Shown here: in pieces, positions 19,842 to 29,506 of the stretch | Position numbering within the stretch: position 1 is the stretch's first letter | How the letters are laid out: every line of letters starts with the position of its first letter | Source of the DNA: an uncultured Nitrospiraceae bacterium | Lineage (GTDB): Bacteria > Nitrospirota > Nitrospiria > Nitrospirales > Nitrospiraceae | Direction of reading: 5' to 3' | Length of the DNA: 64,000 nucleotides | NCBI GenBank assembly: GCA_963846575.1 | Contig: CAWJWJ010000002.1 | Location: 640,001 to 704,000 of the forward strand | The notes under the pieces: generated by a model | Database searches by the model: none | Seen by the model: only the letters and a program-made list of their open reading frames with translations | Told to the model about the DNA's origin: nothing | Position numbers and translations under genes: made by a program

Positions 19842-22382
19842 ATGTCACGTCCTGACCCGACCGATCCCCACGACCCTTTTCAGGATTTTCTTCAACGTGT
19901 AGCAAGACCGATCGAATTTGCCTGTCGCGATGCCTACTCCCATCTTTCCACAGTCAAAAATCTGGACCATTTTGTCTCGGAGCAAGTAATCGGGGCGCTC
20001 AGTCAGCGTGTGTACCCCAGAGCGCTTGAAGCGGAACTATTGTCGCTCCGCAATCTATTCGTCGATTTTCATACTCATCTGGACCCGACTCAACAGAAGG
20101 ACCGGCTGTCACGGGCTATGGAACTTCTGCGCCATCTCCAGCGAAATAGATTCGATCCCGATCAATCGGACATCCTGCCTGCTGAGGGGAGTCCTGCTCA
20201 GGAATCCGATCGTTCCATTCACGCTCGTCCCCTCTGGAACTTGCCTATCCAGTTTGCCAAAGGAGTTGGTCCCAAGAGGACCGTCCTGTTGGAGCGCATC
20301 GGAATCCACACCATAGAAGATGCACTCTGGGCCTTGCCCTGGCGGTACGAAGACCGATCAGCAGTGACGTCAATAGGCAAACTCATTCCGGGGATTCCGC
20401 AGACCATTTGTGGCACCATTGTTAACACGGAGACAACTCGTGCACGGGCTCGGCGGCTATCAATCCTGGACGCCTTGGTCGAGGACGGTACCGGGACGGT
20501 CCACGCAGTATTTTTTAATCAGCCGTATTTGGAGGACGTCTTACAGCAAGGTGTAAGGGTCATGATGTCGGGCAGGGTTGTTGCGGGTCGGGGCGGATGG
20601 ATGGATGTGCGGATGGAACCGACGCAATTTGAAATTTTGAGTGGAGCAGAGGACGAATTGCTGCATGTGGGGCGGATCATTCCGACCTACCATGAGACGA
20701 AAGGTTGGACCTCCCGTCATATGCGGGTCCTAATCTATGGACTGTTGGCGGAATACGGTTCCGACGTGGAGGAGGTGCTGCCGGTCTCTATTCGAGCGCG
20801 CCATCGGTTGCTGCCGATCAGTCTTGCCATTCAGCAAGTGCATTTTCCGTTACCGAAGACAGATCTCTCGAATCTCGACCGGGGCGTGACAGCGGCTCAC
20901 CGCCGCCTGGCTTTCGAAGAGCTCTTTCTACTGCAGGCGGCATTGGTACTGCGCAAACGGGAGACCAAAGAGGAGCGCAAACCATTTCGGTTTAATTCAC
21001 AGGTGACGCAGCTCAAGCGACTCGCAGAGCAGCTGCCGTTCGCGCTCACGTCTGCTCAGGAGCGCGTATTCCAAGAGATTCAGGCAGACATGATGACCTC
21101 GCACCCGATGAATCGGCTGGTGCAAGGGGATGTGGGTTCAGGAAAGACGGTCGTGGCTCTTCATGCCCTGGTCATGGCCTGCGGATCTGGTTGCCAGACG
21201 GCGCTCATGGTTCCAACGGAAATTTTGGCCGAGCAACATTACCTCAATCTTAAACCTCTTTTAGAGGCCGTCGGACTAAGGGCGGTACTTTTGACGAGTG
21301 GCGGCAAGTCAAGGGAGCGCAATGAAAAGCTCAAGCAGTTGGCGTCAGGCACGGCGCACGTAGCCATTGGCACACACGCCCTAATCCAGAAGAACGTGCA
21401 TTTTGCCAAGCTCGGGCTGGTAATTGTCGACGAGCAGCACAAATTCGGCGTGCTACAGCGGAAGACCCTCCTCGACAAGGGGTATCGACCCGACGTCCTC
21501 GTGATGACAGCCACTCCGATTCCCCGCACCCTGGCCATGACGGTCTATGGAGATCTGGATCTATCGGTCATCGATAGACTGCCGCCTGGTCGTAAACCGA
21601 TACGCACTATGCTTTATAGTGAAGGGCAACGACACAAGACTTGGCAGCTAGTCGGCGATGAGATAGCGGCTGGCCGACAGGCGTATGTCGTCTATCCATT
21701 GGTAGAGGAATCCGAGAAAGTCGACCTGAAGGCGGCGATCCAAGGGGCGGAACATCTGCAACGCGACGTGTTTCCCCATGCGCGGGTGGGATTGCTTCAT
21801 GGCAGACTCAAGACGGCCGAGAAGGAGCGTGCGATGGCGGCCTTCAAAGCCGGGGCGATTCAACTGCTCGTGGCGACAACCGTGATCGAGGTCGGGGTAG
21901 ATGTTCCAAATGCGACGGTGATGGTGATTGAACATGCCGAACGATTCGGGTTGGCACAGTTGCACCAACTGCGAGGAAGGGTCGGTCGAGGCGCCCAGCA
22001 GTCGCTCTGTGTGCTCATGGCCTCGTACGGCACGCGAGAGACCCGGCCCCGGGTGACTCGTGAAGGAGCCTCGGAACAGGTTCTTTCTCATGCGCAGCAG
22101 CGCTTGGGGGCCCTCGTCAACTCGAACGATGGATTCATGATTGCAGAGGAAGATCTCCGGATTAGGGGGCCCGGTGAGTTTCTTGGTGTGCGGCAATGGG
22201 GTATGACGGAGTTTCGAGCCGCTAATCTTATACGCGACGCCGATTTGCTCGAGCAAGCGAGACGAGAGGCCTGTGAGCTGTTGGAGCAAGATCCCACTCT
22301 GGCATGGCCTCAGCATCAAGCGTTGAAGGCAGCCATGTGTCGGCGTTGGCAGGCCAAGCTGTCTCTGGGAGATGTGAGCTAA
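19842..22382 (+). CDS. recG: ATP-dependent DNA helicase RecG
   Basis: KGVGPKR, QGDVGSGKT, VDEQHKFG, MTATPIPRT and QLHQLRGRVGRG. Confidence 0.96.
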   Translation: MSRPDPTDPHDPFQDFLQRVARPIEFACRDAYSHLSTVKNLDHFVSEQVIGALSQRVYPRALEAELLSLRNLFVDFHTHLDPTQQKDRLSRAMELLRHLQRNRFDPDQSDILPAEGSPAQESDRSIHARPLWNLPIQFAKGVGPKRTVLLERIGIHTIEDALWALPWRYEDRSAVTSIGKLIPGIPQTICGTIVNTETTRARARRLSILDALVEDGTGTVHAVFFNQPYLEDVLQQGVRVMMSGRVVAGRGGWMDVRMEPTQFEILSGAEDELLHVGRIIPTYHETKGWTSRHMRVLIYGLLAEYGSDVEEVLPVSIRARHRLLPISLAIQQVHFPLPKTDLSNLDRGVTAAHRRLAFEELFLLQAALVLRKRETKEERKPFRFNSQVTQLKRLAEQLPFALTSAQERVFQEIQADMMTSHPMNRLVQGDVGSGKTVVALHALVMACGSGCQTALMVPTEILAEQHYLNLKPLLEAVGLRAVLLTSGGKSRERNEKLKQLASGTAHVAIGTHALIQKNVHFAKLGLVIVDEQHKFGVLQRKTLLDKGYRPDVLVMTATPIPRTLAMTVYGDLDLSVIDRLPPGRKPIRTMLYSEGQRHKTWQLVGDEIAAGRQAYVVYPLVEESEKVDLKAAIQGAEHLQRDVFPHARVGLLHGRLKTAEKERAMAAFKAGAIQLLVATTVIEVGVDVPNATVMVIEHAERFGLAQLHQLRGRVGRGAQQSLCVLMASYGTRETRPRVTREGASEQVLSHAQQRLGALVNSNDGFMIAEEDLRIRGPGEFLGVRQWGMTEFRAANLIRDADLLEQARREACELLEQDPTLAWPQHQALKAAMCRRWQAKLSLGDVS

Positions 22383-22416
22383 TGGTGGAAACCCGCACTT
22401 CGGAGAGGGCTCACCT

Positions 22417-22740
22417 ATGGGAATGTTACAACGCCTGAGTCACGATCTGCGCGCGGGCTGGGTGAACCTGCGCCATGGTACGGCAAAGGCTGCGACACGA
22501 GCACTCGAAGAAGGGGAATTGCTCCGTTATCGTCTGGAGTTACGCAATGTCGATCAGCAACTTGATGACTTGCACGCGGACATCGGGGAAAAAGTAATGG
22601 AGTTGTACGATCGTGGGGAGCCGACAGAGCGGATCCTGTCCGATTCCGACATCGTCCGAATGATCCAACACACACGAACCCTTCAGGACGAGCGGACCAG
22701 ACTCCTGCTTGAGATGAATGATATTACCATTGAGGAGTAG
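22417..22740 (+). CDS. Hypothetical coiled-coil protein
   Basis: Helical heptad-like composition; GGAGAGG RBS; operonic. Confidence 0.7.
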   Translation: MGMLQRLSHDLRAGWVNLRHGTAKAATRALEEGELLRYRLELRNVDQQLDDLHADIGEKVMELYDRGEPTERILSDSDIVRMIQHTRTLQDERTRLLLEMNDITIEE

Positions 22741-22750
22741 GGCGCCCTCC

Positions 22751-23707
22751 ATGATCCGTGCACCGAGAGCCTCCCCGCGAATTCTCGCGGGAATCGATAT
22801 CGGCACCCTGACTTGCCGCTTGCTCATCGCGGAGTTCTCTCCATCTAGTGGAGTTCGCGAACTTCGCTCTGATCGGCGCATCCTTCGACTGGGGCAGGGC
22901 GTGGATCGGGACCGCCGATTGCGTGCCGATGCCATGGAGCGGGTGGTGGCTACTCTGAAAGAATGGTGTCACCTGATCGACGGCGCCTGCGTGGAGACCT
23001 CAATAGCTGTGGCGACGAGCGCGGTGCGCGATGCGAAAAATCGAGAAGAATTTCTGTGCCGAGTGAAGCACGAAACCGGTTTTGAGGTTGAAGTGCTCTC
23101 AGGGGAAGAAGAGGCCCGCCGCACGATGCTCGGTATCCGCTCCGGACTTCCCCTTGATGTGACCCACCTGCTGGCGCTGGATATCGGTGGCGGCAGCACG
23201 GAGTTTATTTTGGATCTGCCTCATTGCCCGGCAGTGGTGCATTCGATAGACATCGGTGTGGTGCGACTGAGCGAAAGAATCATGCATGGCGATCCTCCGA
23301 CAGCCGAAGAAATTGAACAAGCGCGTGCATGGGTACGTGGTGAAACGGTTGCGGCTGTCGCGGAAATGCCAAGACCGAGCGAACTGACGTTGGTTGGCAC
23401 AGCGGGCACAATTACTTCTCTGGCTGCCATGGCCCAGCAGTTGCCGAGCTATGAACCGGCGAGAATTCACAATTACACAATGACGCTGGAGAGGGTAAAA
23501 CAGTTGGAGGAACAGCTGCTGAGTTGCTCGAAAGCACAACGAGAGGGGCTTCCGGGTCTCGAGCGAGGGCGGGAGGAGGTCATCGCCGCTGGGGCGGTGG
23601 TCTTGAGTTCGGTGATGGAGACACTGGGCATGACGAAAATCCTCGTGAGCGATCTGGGCCTGCGTGAGGGGGTCCTGATTCATCTTGCGGAAATCACCAG
23701 GCCGTAA
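22751..23707 (+). CDS. ppx: Ppx/GppA family phosphatase (short form)
   Basis: IDIGT, ATSAVRDAKN, DIGGGSTE and GLREG. Confidence 0.9.
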   Translation: MIRAPRASPRILAGIDIGTLTCRLLIAEFSPSSGVRELRSDRRILRLGQGVDRDRRLRADAMERVVATLKEWCHLIDGACVETSIAVATSAVRDAKNREEFLCRVKHETGFEVEVLSGEEEARRTMLGIRSGLPLDVTHLLALDIGGGSTEFILDLPHCPAVVHSIDIGVVRLSERIMHGDPPTAEEIEQARAWVRGETVAAVAEMPRPSELTLVGTAGTITSLAAMAQQLPSYEPARIHNYTMTLERVKQLEEQLLSCSKAQREGLPGLERGREEVIAAGAVVLSSVMETLGMTKILVSDLGLREGVLIHLAEITRP

Positions 23708-23931
23708 TCCATGCAGCCATTGCCGCCTTTCTTGGGATTGTCGCCCCTCAAGCCTATATCCCCATTTGCGCTTTTCCGACCTCCGAATATAGCCAAGCAA
23801 GAAAACTAGGACAGGCCACCATAAGCGGGCTGTTCCCTGCTCTCGGCGCAGGTCTGTGCCATAACTGCGGGAGCTTTAGAAGGAGGAACGGAGGTTGCCG
23901 GCGGTGCCAGAGACTGAGGCAACAGGGTTCA

Positions 23932-25422
23932 TTATCGCTGCGAATACCAGCGAAAGCCCTTCTGTTCAGTGTAAGAAGTTTGAGGAATGCCCCCGGGTTT
24001 TTCAAGGAGTAGGACTTTGAAATCGATGAGGCCAAACCATGCGGGGTCGGCAATGTCGTGGTAATGGCAACCTTGCAATTTAGGGAGCATGTCGCCTAAG
24101 GCCTTGGTGAGTTCCCCCTCTGTGTAAGCCCGGACAGCAAATTCCTGGCCAAGTCCCTGACAAAAGCGCTGGATGGTGTAGGCCGCGCCGGTACACAGCA
24201 CCTTTGTGTCGGGTTTGATTTGCAAGAACTGCGGGAGCGCAAGATATCTCTCTTGGAAGCCGAGCCATCTCACGGCTTGCCGGACATGGCTGTACTGCAC
24301 CTCATATTCCGTGTGGTGTGGAAGTTTGACGGCGGCAGGCCAGCCCTCATCGATCCCAAATTCAGTCAGGAACGCCCGACCACCTGGTTTGAGTACCCGC
24401 CAGACTTCTGCGACAAATCGCATTGGCCCCAGGTTGAAGATCACTTCTCCAGGTAACTCTTGTTCAGGCGGTAGGCGAAGTCGTCTGACCCAGTCCAGCG
24501 CTTCCTGGTGTTGTGGTGTTGCGCCTCGACCTTCCGCGAGCTCCTGGCCGGTCAGTTTCACGGGGGTCATGTCAGCCATGTTTTCGTTGTCGATGATGAG
24601 ATCGACTGAGTTGTCCTTGAAGGGCAGGCATTCGCCATTAGCATGGATTCCGGTGCCGGTCCAGCCGCCGGCCCTAGCCCGTTTGGTTTGGAGTTGCAAG
24701 AAGGGGCGGGTGACATCCAGCGACACGTACTGAATGCCCTGTTTCTCGAATGGGAGGAGCTCCTGTCCCAGTTCGCGGGCGACATAACCGAGACCACCGC
24801 CGATTTCAACAATCACCTTCGGTTTTGGCTTGAACCAGCCTAGGCGTCGCAGCTGCCGCATGAGAAGGCGACCGTACGTGGTGCCACCCAGGGCCTCACA
24901 GGGCTCGCGGAACAGGTGCGAGACCGTGGTTTCGATGAGGTCGAAGTGGCCGTCCTCCAGATCGCTTTCCTTCAGTTCATGGACATGGAAGTCCTCGAGA
25001 TGTTCCTCGCCTTCAAAGTCTTGCTGCCCAGACCAGCCCTCACGGATCTGTTGCAGCAGCACATCCCATTTGGCCTTGTGCCGGTGGCCGCCGGGTGGTT
25101 CTGTGCCGAAGTAGCAGAGGGAAAAATTTGGGACAGACCAACGCTCCAGATGCCAGGTGCCAGGCTGGCCGTCTGGGCCGCAGATCTTATTGCCGTATTT
25201 TTCCAGCAACGTTCCGACGGTTATGTGGCCATTCATCGACGTGAGCATTTCGATCCCGACCATATTTAGCCGGACGAGCGGGAAATCGTCGTCGAGGGGG
25301 GCCAGCCACCACTCGTCGACCGTATGTTGGTAGGCGACGAGATCCGGAATGCGCCAGGCGAGGAGACTTAAGACGTCGCCGCTCAGGATGAGAGGCTCTT
25401 GGATGACTGCGGCAGCTTTCAT
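23932..25422 (-). CDS. Class I SAM methyltransferase with putative N-terminal PqqD/RRE-like domain
   Basis: VEIGGGLG, LDVT, LPFKDNSVD and RVLKPGG; N-terminal LVRLNMVGIEMLTSMNGHITVGTLLEKY. Confidence 0.8.
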   Translation of the reverse strand: MKAAAVIQEPLILSGDVLSLLAWRIPDLVAYQHTVDEWWLAPLDDDFPLVRLNMVGIEMLTSMNGHITVGTLLEKYGNKICGPDGQPGTWHLERWSVPNFSLCYFGTEPPGGHRHKAKWDVLLQQIREGWSGQQDFEGEEHLEDFHVHELKESDLEDGHFDLIETTVSHLFREPCEALGGTTYGRLLMRQLRRLGWFKPKPKVIVEIGGGLGYVARELGQELLPFEKQGIQYVSLDVTRPFLQLQTKRARAGGWTGTGIHANGECLPFKDNSVDLIIDNENMADMTPVKLTGQELAEGRGATPQHQEALDWVRRLRLPPEQELPGEVIFNLGPMRFVAEVWRVLKPGGRAFLTEFGIDEGWPAAVKLPHHTEYEVQYSHVRQAVRWLGFQERYLALPQFLQIKPDTKVLCTGAAYTIQRFCQGLGQEFAVRAYTEGELTKALGDMLPKLQGCHYHDIADPAWFGLIDFKVLLLEKPGGIPQTSYTEQKGFRWYSQR

Positions 25423-25506
25423 TGTATTAGTAATCAGTTCTCAGCAGTTGCCGCAGCCTACACGAGGGCAACGTGGCCCTGCAAGAACCTTAAGGAAGAT
25501 GATGGT

Positions 25507-25881
25507 CTAGGTTTGGGAGGGCAGCGCTGAGGAATCATTCACAATGATGAGACCGCGCATAATAGGATGTATGCGACATTGATACGGGTACCGGCCTGGA
25601 GGCAGGCTTGGAATGGTATAGGTACCACCAGGCGCCACTGCACCTGAATCAAAGGCGCACCGGCCGCTGTCTTCAAAGCATTCATCGTGGGTGACCGTGT
25701 GATGGGTTGGTGTTGGGTTATCCCACCTGACCGCGGCACCGGAAGTCACGGTGACAGCGGCAGGCACATAGTAAGGCGATCCGCTATCCATGAAAACTTG
25801 CGCCGCCGGCGGAATTGCCGAAGTCGGCCAAGCCGTCAAGGGGCACACCGTGAGAACAAGAATGATAAGACGCCAGTGCAT
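25507..25881 (-). CDS. Cupredoxin (plastocyanin/azurin-like blue copper protein)
   Basis: Signal peptide; HTVTH and YQCRIHPIM type-1 Cu ligands. Confidence 0.88.
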   Translation of the reverse strand: MHWRLIILVLTVCPLTAWPTSAIPPAAQVFMDSGSPYYVPAAVTVTSGAAVRWDNPTPTHHTVTHDECFEDSGRCAFDSGAVAPGGTYTIPSLPPGRYPYQCRIHPIMRGLIIVNDSSALPSQT

Positions 25882-26124
25882 GAGATGGTCAGTCCGATGA
25901 GTGGGTAACTCTTTTATCATCTATTATACATAGAGACCTGTTCGATACGGAAGGATTCATGTAGCTAACCAGTAAAGAATGAGATGTCGAATCGGCGCGT
26001 CATTTCTGGCCAGGGGGTAAATTCAGTACAATTAGGCTGGTTCCTCCGTAAGCTTCCCTTAATCTGAGACAGATCAAAAGGAGAATCTTCTGGCACAATA
26101 GCTTACCCTAGCCAGGAGGTTCCC

Positions 26125-26391
26125 ATGCGCCAGTCGAAGTTCACCGAAACCCAAATCGTATCGATTCTAAAAGAGGCCGATGCCGGTCGCCCGGTCAATG
26201 AGCTGTGGCGGACGTACGGGATCAGCTCCGCGACCTATTACAAATGGAAAGCCAAGTACGGCGGCCTCGACGCCTCGGACGTGAAACGGCTGAAAGAATT
26301 GGAACACGAGAACAACCGCCTCAAGCGGATGTATGCGGATCTCTCCCTGGAGAACGCGGCGCTCAAGGATGTGATCGCAAAAAAGCTTTAA
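26125..26391 (+). CDS. IS3 transposase OrfA (HTH)
   Basis: FTETQIVSILKE, GISSATYYKWKAKYGG and leucine zipper LKELEHENNRLK. Confidence 0.92.
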   Translation: MRQSKFTETQIVSILKEADAGRPVNELWRTYGISSATYYKWKAKYGGLDASDVKRLKELEHENNRLKRMYADLSLENAALKDVIAKKL

Positions 26392-27242
26392 GGCCCGCTG
26401 AGCGGCGGGAGGTCGTCACGCACCTGGTGACGGTGAGCGGCCTTCCGGTTCAGCGGGCCTGTCAGGCGGTCGGCCTGGGGCGGGCGACGTACTATCGGCC
26501 GCTCACCAATTGGGCGCAGCGCGATGCGCCCGTGATTGCGGCACTGACGACCTTGAGTGCCACGAAACCTCGTTGGGGGTTCTGGAAATACGTGGGCTGG
26601 CTACGCCATACCGGACAGCCCTGGAATCCTAAGCGGCTGTGGCGGGTCTACTGCCACCTCAGGCTCAATCTGCCACGACGGACCAAGAAGCGGCTGCCGG
26701 TGCGGCTCATGCAGCCGATGGACGTGATCCCACAGCCCAATGTCGTGTGGGCACTCGATTTCATGAGTGATACGCTGTACGGTGGCCGACGGTTCCGGAC
26801 CTTGAATATTCTGGATGAAGGGGTGCGAGAAGTCTTGGCGATCGAAGTCGATACCTCCTTGCCCGCCGAGCGTGTGATTCGGGTGCTGGAGCAAGTGACG
26901 GCCTGGCGGGGCCAACCGCAGGCCATTCGGCTCGACAATGGCCCGGAATTCCTCGCCGACCGCTTTGCGACTTGGTGTGCGGAGCGTGGGATCGCGCTCC
27001 GGTTTATTCAGCCGGGCAAGCCGAATCAGAATGCCTTCATTGAACGGTTCAATCGGACGGTACGACACGAAGTGCTCGATGCATATGTCTTCGAGTCGCT
27101 CGAGCAGGTGCGAGAAATCAGTGCGCAGTGGATGCAGGAGTACAATGAGGAACGCCCCCATGACACCTTGGGGCGAGTGCCACCGGCCCTGTTCAGCGCC
27201 CGACAAACCGCCGGAAGTTCTCCTCTGAAACTGTCTCCTTGA
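26388..27242 (+). CDS. IS3 transposase OrfB (DDE core), reached by -1 frameshift
   Basis: WALDF, RLDNGPEF and NAFIERFN DDE motifs; AAAAAAG at 26379-26385 followed by a CCCGC..GCGGG hairpin. Confidence 0.92.
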   Translation, partial: LRPAERREVVTHLVTVSGLPVQRACQAVGLGRATYYRPLTNWAQRDAPVIAALTTLSATKPRWGFWKYVGWLRHTGQPWNPKRLWRVYCHLRLNLPRRTKKRLPVRLMQPMDVIPQPNVVWALDFMSDTLYGGRRFRTLNILDEGVREVLAIEVDTSLPAERVIRVLEQVTAWRGQPQAIRLDNGPEFLADRFATWCAERGIALRFIQPGKPNQNAFIERFNRTVRHEVLDAYVFESLEQVREISAQWMQEYNEERPHDTLGRVPPALFSARQTAGSSPLKLSP

Positions 27243-27433
27243 CGGGGAAGCTTACGCCTCCCTTGTGGACGGATCGGAGACGAAAGTTCCTGTTTTGGCA
27301 AAGAGATGTAATGCCGCGATCCTTTATAGGTCTGTCTCGCTTGACCAGGTTGCAAGAAGCCGTTGGTTCATGCTAGATGGAGGCCGCTTTACCACCGACG
27401 TGCCAAGGAGAAGACCTAAGAGGAGGGCGTGGA

Positions 27434-28054
27434 ATGGCAAAGAAGAGCGTGAAGAAGAAAGGCCCCGCGAAGAAAGCCGTGCGGCCGAAGAAAGTCGCCA
27501 CAAAGAAGGCAGCAAAGCCGAAAAAAACGGTAAAGACGAAGAAAGCCGTGACGGTAAAAAGAACCGGAACGACCCCAAAAACGAAGAAAGCAGCCTCCGG
27601 GAGGGCTATCCCGAAAAAAACTGTCAAGAAAGTCTCGGCAAAACCGGCCAAGAAAAAGACGACAGCCAAACCTCAACGAGCCCTCAAGGCAAAACCGGCC
27701 GCCAAATCATCAAAGACCTCAGCGAAACCCGTTTCAAAAGCCAAGTCCGCGATGGTGAAACCCGCGTCGCCAAAGCCCAAGACGCTCAGCGAACCTTCCG
27801 CCGTCGCTCCCGAGCCTAAGGCGGCGTCTGCGGTGATGCCAGAGGCCGGTAAGGCGAAGTTTGAGGTTGAACCGCCACAGCCGGAGTTGGATGACGAAGA
27901 AGAATTAGTGGAAGATATCGATGATGTCTCCGAAGAAATCGAGGAAGAAGAGGTAGAAGAAGAATTAGGCCTCGACAGTCAGGACGACGATGTCGATTAC
28001 ATAGAAAAGTCTGAAGATCTGCTGGATGACACTGACGAATATCGTAACAATTAA
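27434..28054 (+). CDS. Lys/Ala-rich histone H1-like protein with acidic C-terminal tail
   Basis: AGGAGG RBS; MAKKSVKKKGPAKK... basic half followed by a D/E-rich half. Confidence 0.8.
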   Translation: MAKKSVKKKGPAKKAVRPKKVATKKAAKPKKTVKTKKAVTVKRTGTTPKTKKAASGRAIPKKTVKKVSAKPAKKKTTAKPQRALKAKPAAKSSKTSAKPVSKAKSAMVKPASPKPKTLSEPSAVAPEPKAASAVMPEAGKAKFEVEPPQPELDDEEELVEDIDDVSEEIEEEEVEEELGLDSQDDDVDYIEKSEDLLDDTDEYRNN

Positions 28055-28266
28055 GCCTTACTGTTTGGGTGCTGGTCGGATGGTCCTCCTTCTATGAATT
28101 TCCGCGGCCAGCTAGCCCAGCTCATGCACAAATTGACAGGCTGTTCCAGTGTGGTGGATTGGTGTGGCGCGCCACGGCCCAGCCGACCTCGCGGCTCGTA
28201 CTCAAATGCCCTCACTTCCCAGTTCTCGCCCGATCATGCGTGCAGATCAGCTCTCTTCTCCCTCTC

Positions 28267-28719
28267 ATGAGTCATTTTCTCTTTATTGCCGCAGCCTTAC
28301 GCGAGCGAAGTTCCCAGGAAAGCGCCGAACTCCAATTGGGGGCTGGCATTTGGGGACTCTGCACCGCGCTGATTCGGGACAATCTTGAAAAGTTTCTGAC
28401 GTTGGAATCCCATGGATTGGTCTATATTCTGAAAGAGGGGATCTGCGCAGAATTCGTGATCACTTCGAGAGTGCTGCCGGTTCAGGCCTTGGACGATTTC
28501 CTGAAGGACGAGGTACGAACGGAAGCGCGATATGGATTCGTAAGGGTTACGCCGGTGCGGCGCTGGCAAGGCAATGCCCCGGATTGTCAGGCTTTGCTGC
28601 AGAGGGTGCTGGCCATTGAGCAGCCCACGGAACTGACGCGGCGCTTGAGTCTTGGGATGCATCGTCTGGCAGATGCTGAGTATCAGGCGATTCTTACTGG
28701 GTTGGGTCCTGGACCGTGA
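28267..28719 (+). CDS. Hypothetical protein, possibly EVE/PUA-like
   Basis: GIWG, LVYI and GMHRLADAEYQAI resemble EVE-domain patterns. Confidence 0.55.
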   Translation: MSHFLFIAAALRERSSQESAELQLGAGIWGLCTALIRDNLEKFLTLESHGLVYILKEGICAEFVITSRVLPVQALDDFLKDEVRTEARYGFVRVTPVRRWQGNAPDCQALLQRVLAIEQPTELTRRLSLGMHRLADAEYQAILTGLGPGP

Positions 28720-28748
28720 CAGGCTGTCCGGCTGTCGGCGAAGGGGGC

Positions 28749-29420
28749 TTAATCAAGAGTGCCGCCGGTCATGAGATGGTAGGCTTCTTCGATCCTGCCG
28801 ACCCCTTTCACCTCGACGTTAAGATCCCACGCAAGGCGATTGATATTCCATAGCGGATCGTTCCGTTGGGCTTCGGGGATAAGGATGGTGCGATAGCCCT
28901 CGCGAACTGCCGCGCGGATTTTGTCCGGAATACCTCCGACCGGCCCGATTGCGCCGTCTTGCGTAATGGTGCCGGTCATGGCAATGCCTGGGTGGATGCG
29001 ATCCCCTTTCAGAAGGGCGGCAAACCCTACCGTCATCACCGCTCCGGCACTGGGGCCGTCGGTGCCGGTCGAGGCATAGGCGAAGCCCATCGCGCTGACG
29101 GTGCCAACATGATCGACACGGGGCGTATGTTCGATCGCGTATTGAAACGCTCGCGCCATGGAATTGAGATTGCTCTGGCCCGGCCGGATGTTGCCGCCTT
29201 GCCATTGCAGCACCATCGGCGAGGGGCTGGGCCGTCGATCCCACCGGAGGAGGAAGACTTCGAAGACTCCTCGGTCGTTGGCCTCGATCATGGCTAACAC
29301 CGGAATTTCGACGACGGATTCCGCGGTGGCCGGATTAACATCAGCGATCGTCAATGGGGTAAACAGGAATAGGACCCGCAGAGCCATACCAATGACGCTA
29401 TGGGCCGCAGAGGCAATCAT
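28749..29420 (-). CDS. Stand-alone Lon (S16) proteolytic domain protein
   Basis: DGPSAG (Ser) and AMTGTI..GPVGGIPDKI (Lys) dyad; no AAA+ module. Confidence 0.85.
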   Translation of the reverse strand: MIASAAHSVIGMALRVLFLFTPLTIADVNPATAESVVEIPVLAMIEANDRGVFEVFLLRWDRRPSPSPMVLQWQGGNIRPGQSNLNSMARAFQYAIEHTPRVDHVGTVSAMGFAYASTGTDGPSAGAVMTVGFAALLKGDRIHPGIAMTGTITQDGAIGPVGGIPDKIRAAVREGYRTILIPEAQRNDPLWNINRLAWDLNVEVKGVGRIEEAYHLMTGGTLD

Positions 29421-29506
29421 TTGACAGCAAGTCTAGCAAAGATGTTTCCAGAGTAAAGCATCGTCCAGTGGCCTTTCACCTTTCAATGGTATCCTGCGCA
29501 TAGAAA

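Larger units (their letters stand above)
26047..27256 (+). mobile_element. IS3-family insertion sequence (IS407-like), 1210 bp
   Basis: Imperfect ~39-bp terminal IRs beginning CGTAAGCTTCCC; 4-bp direct repeat CCTC at 26043-26046 and 27257-27260; orfA/orfB with A6G slippery site. Confidence 0.93.

Noticed and set aside
23876..23932. 18-aa ORF (MNPVASVSGTAGNLRSSF) coupled to the stop of the RRE-like methyltransferase, as its precursor
   Set aside because: It is too short, has no leader motif and is easily explained by chance
26205..26387. Upstream start of OrfB given in the ORF track
   Set aside because: IS3 OrfB is reached by frameshift at A6G; the upstream part is an alternate frame of orfA
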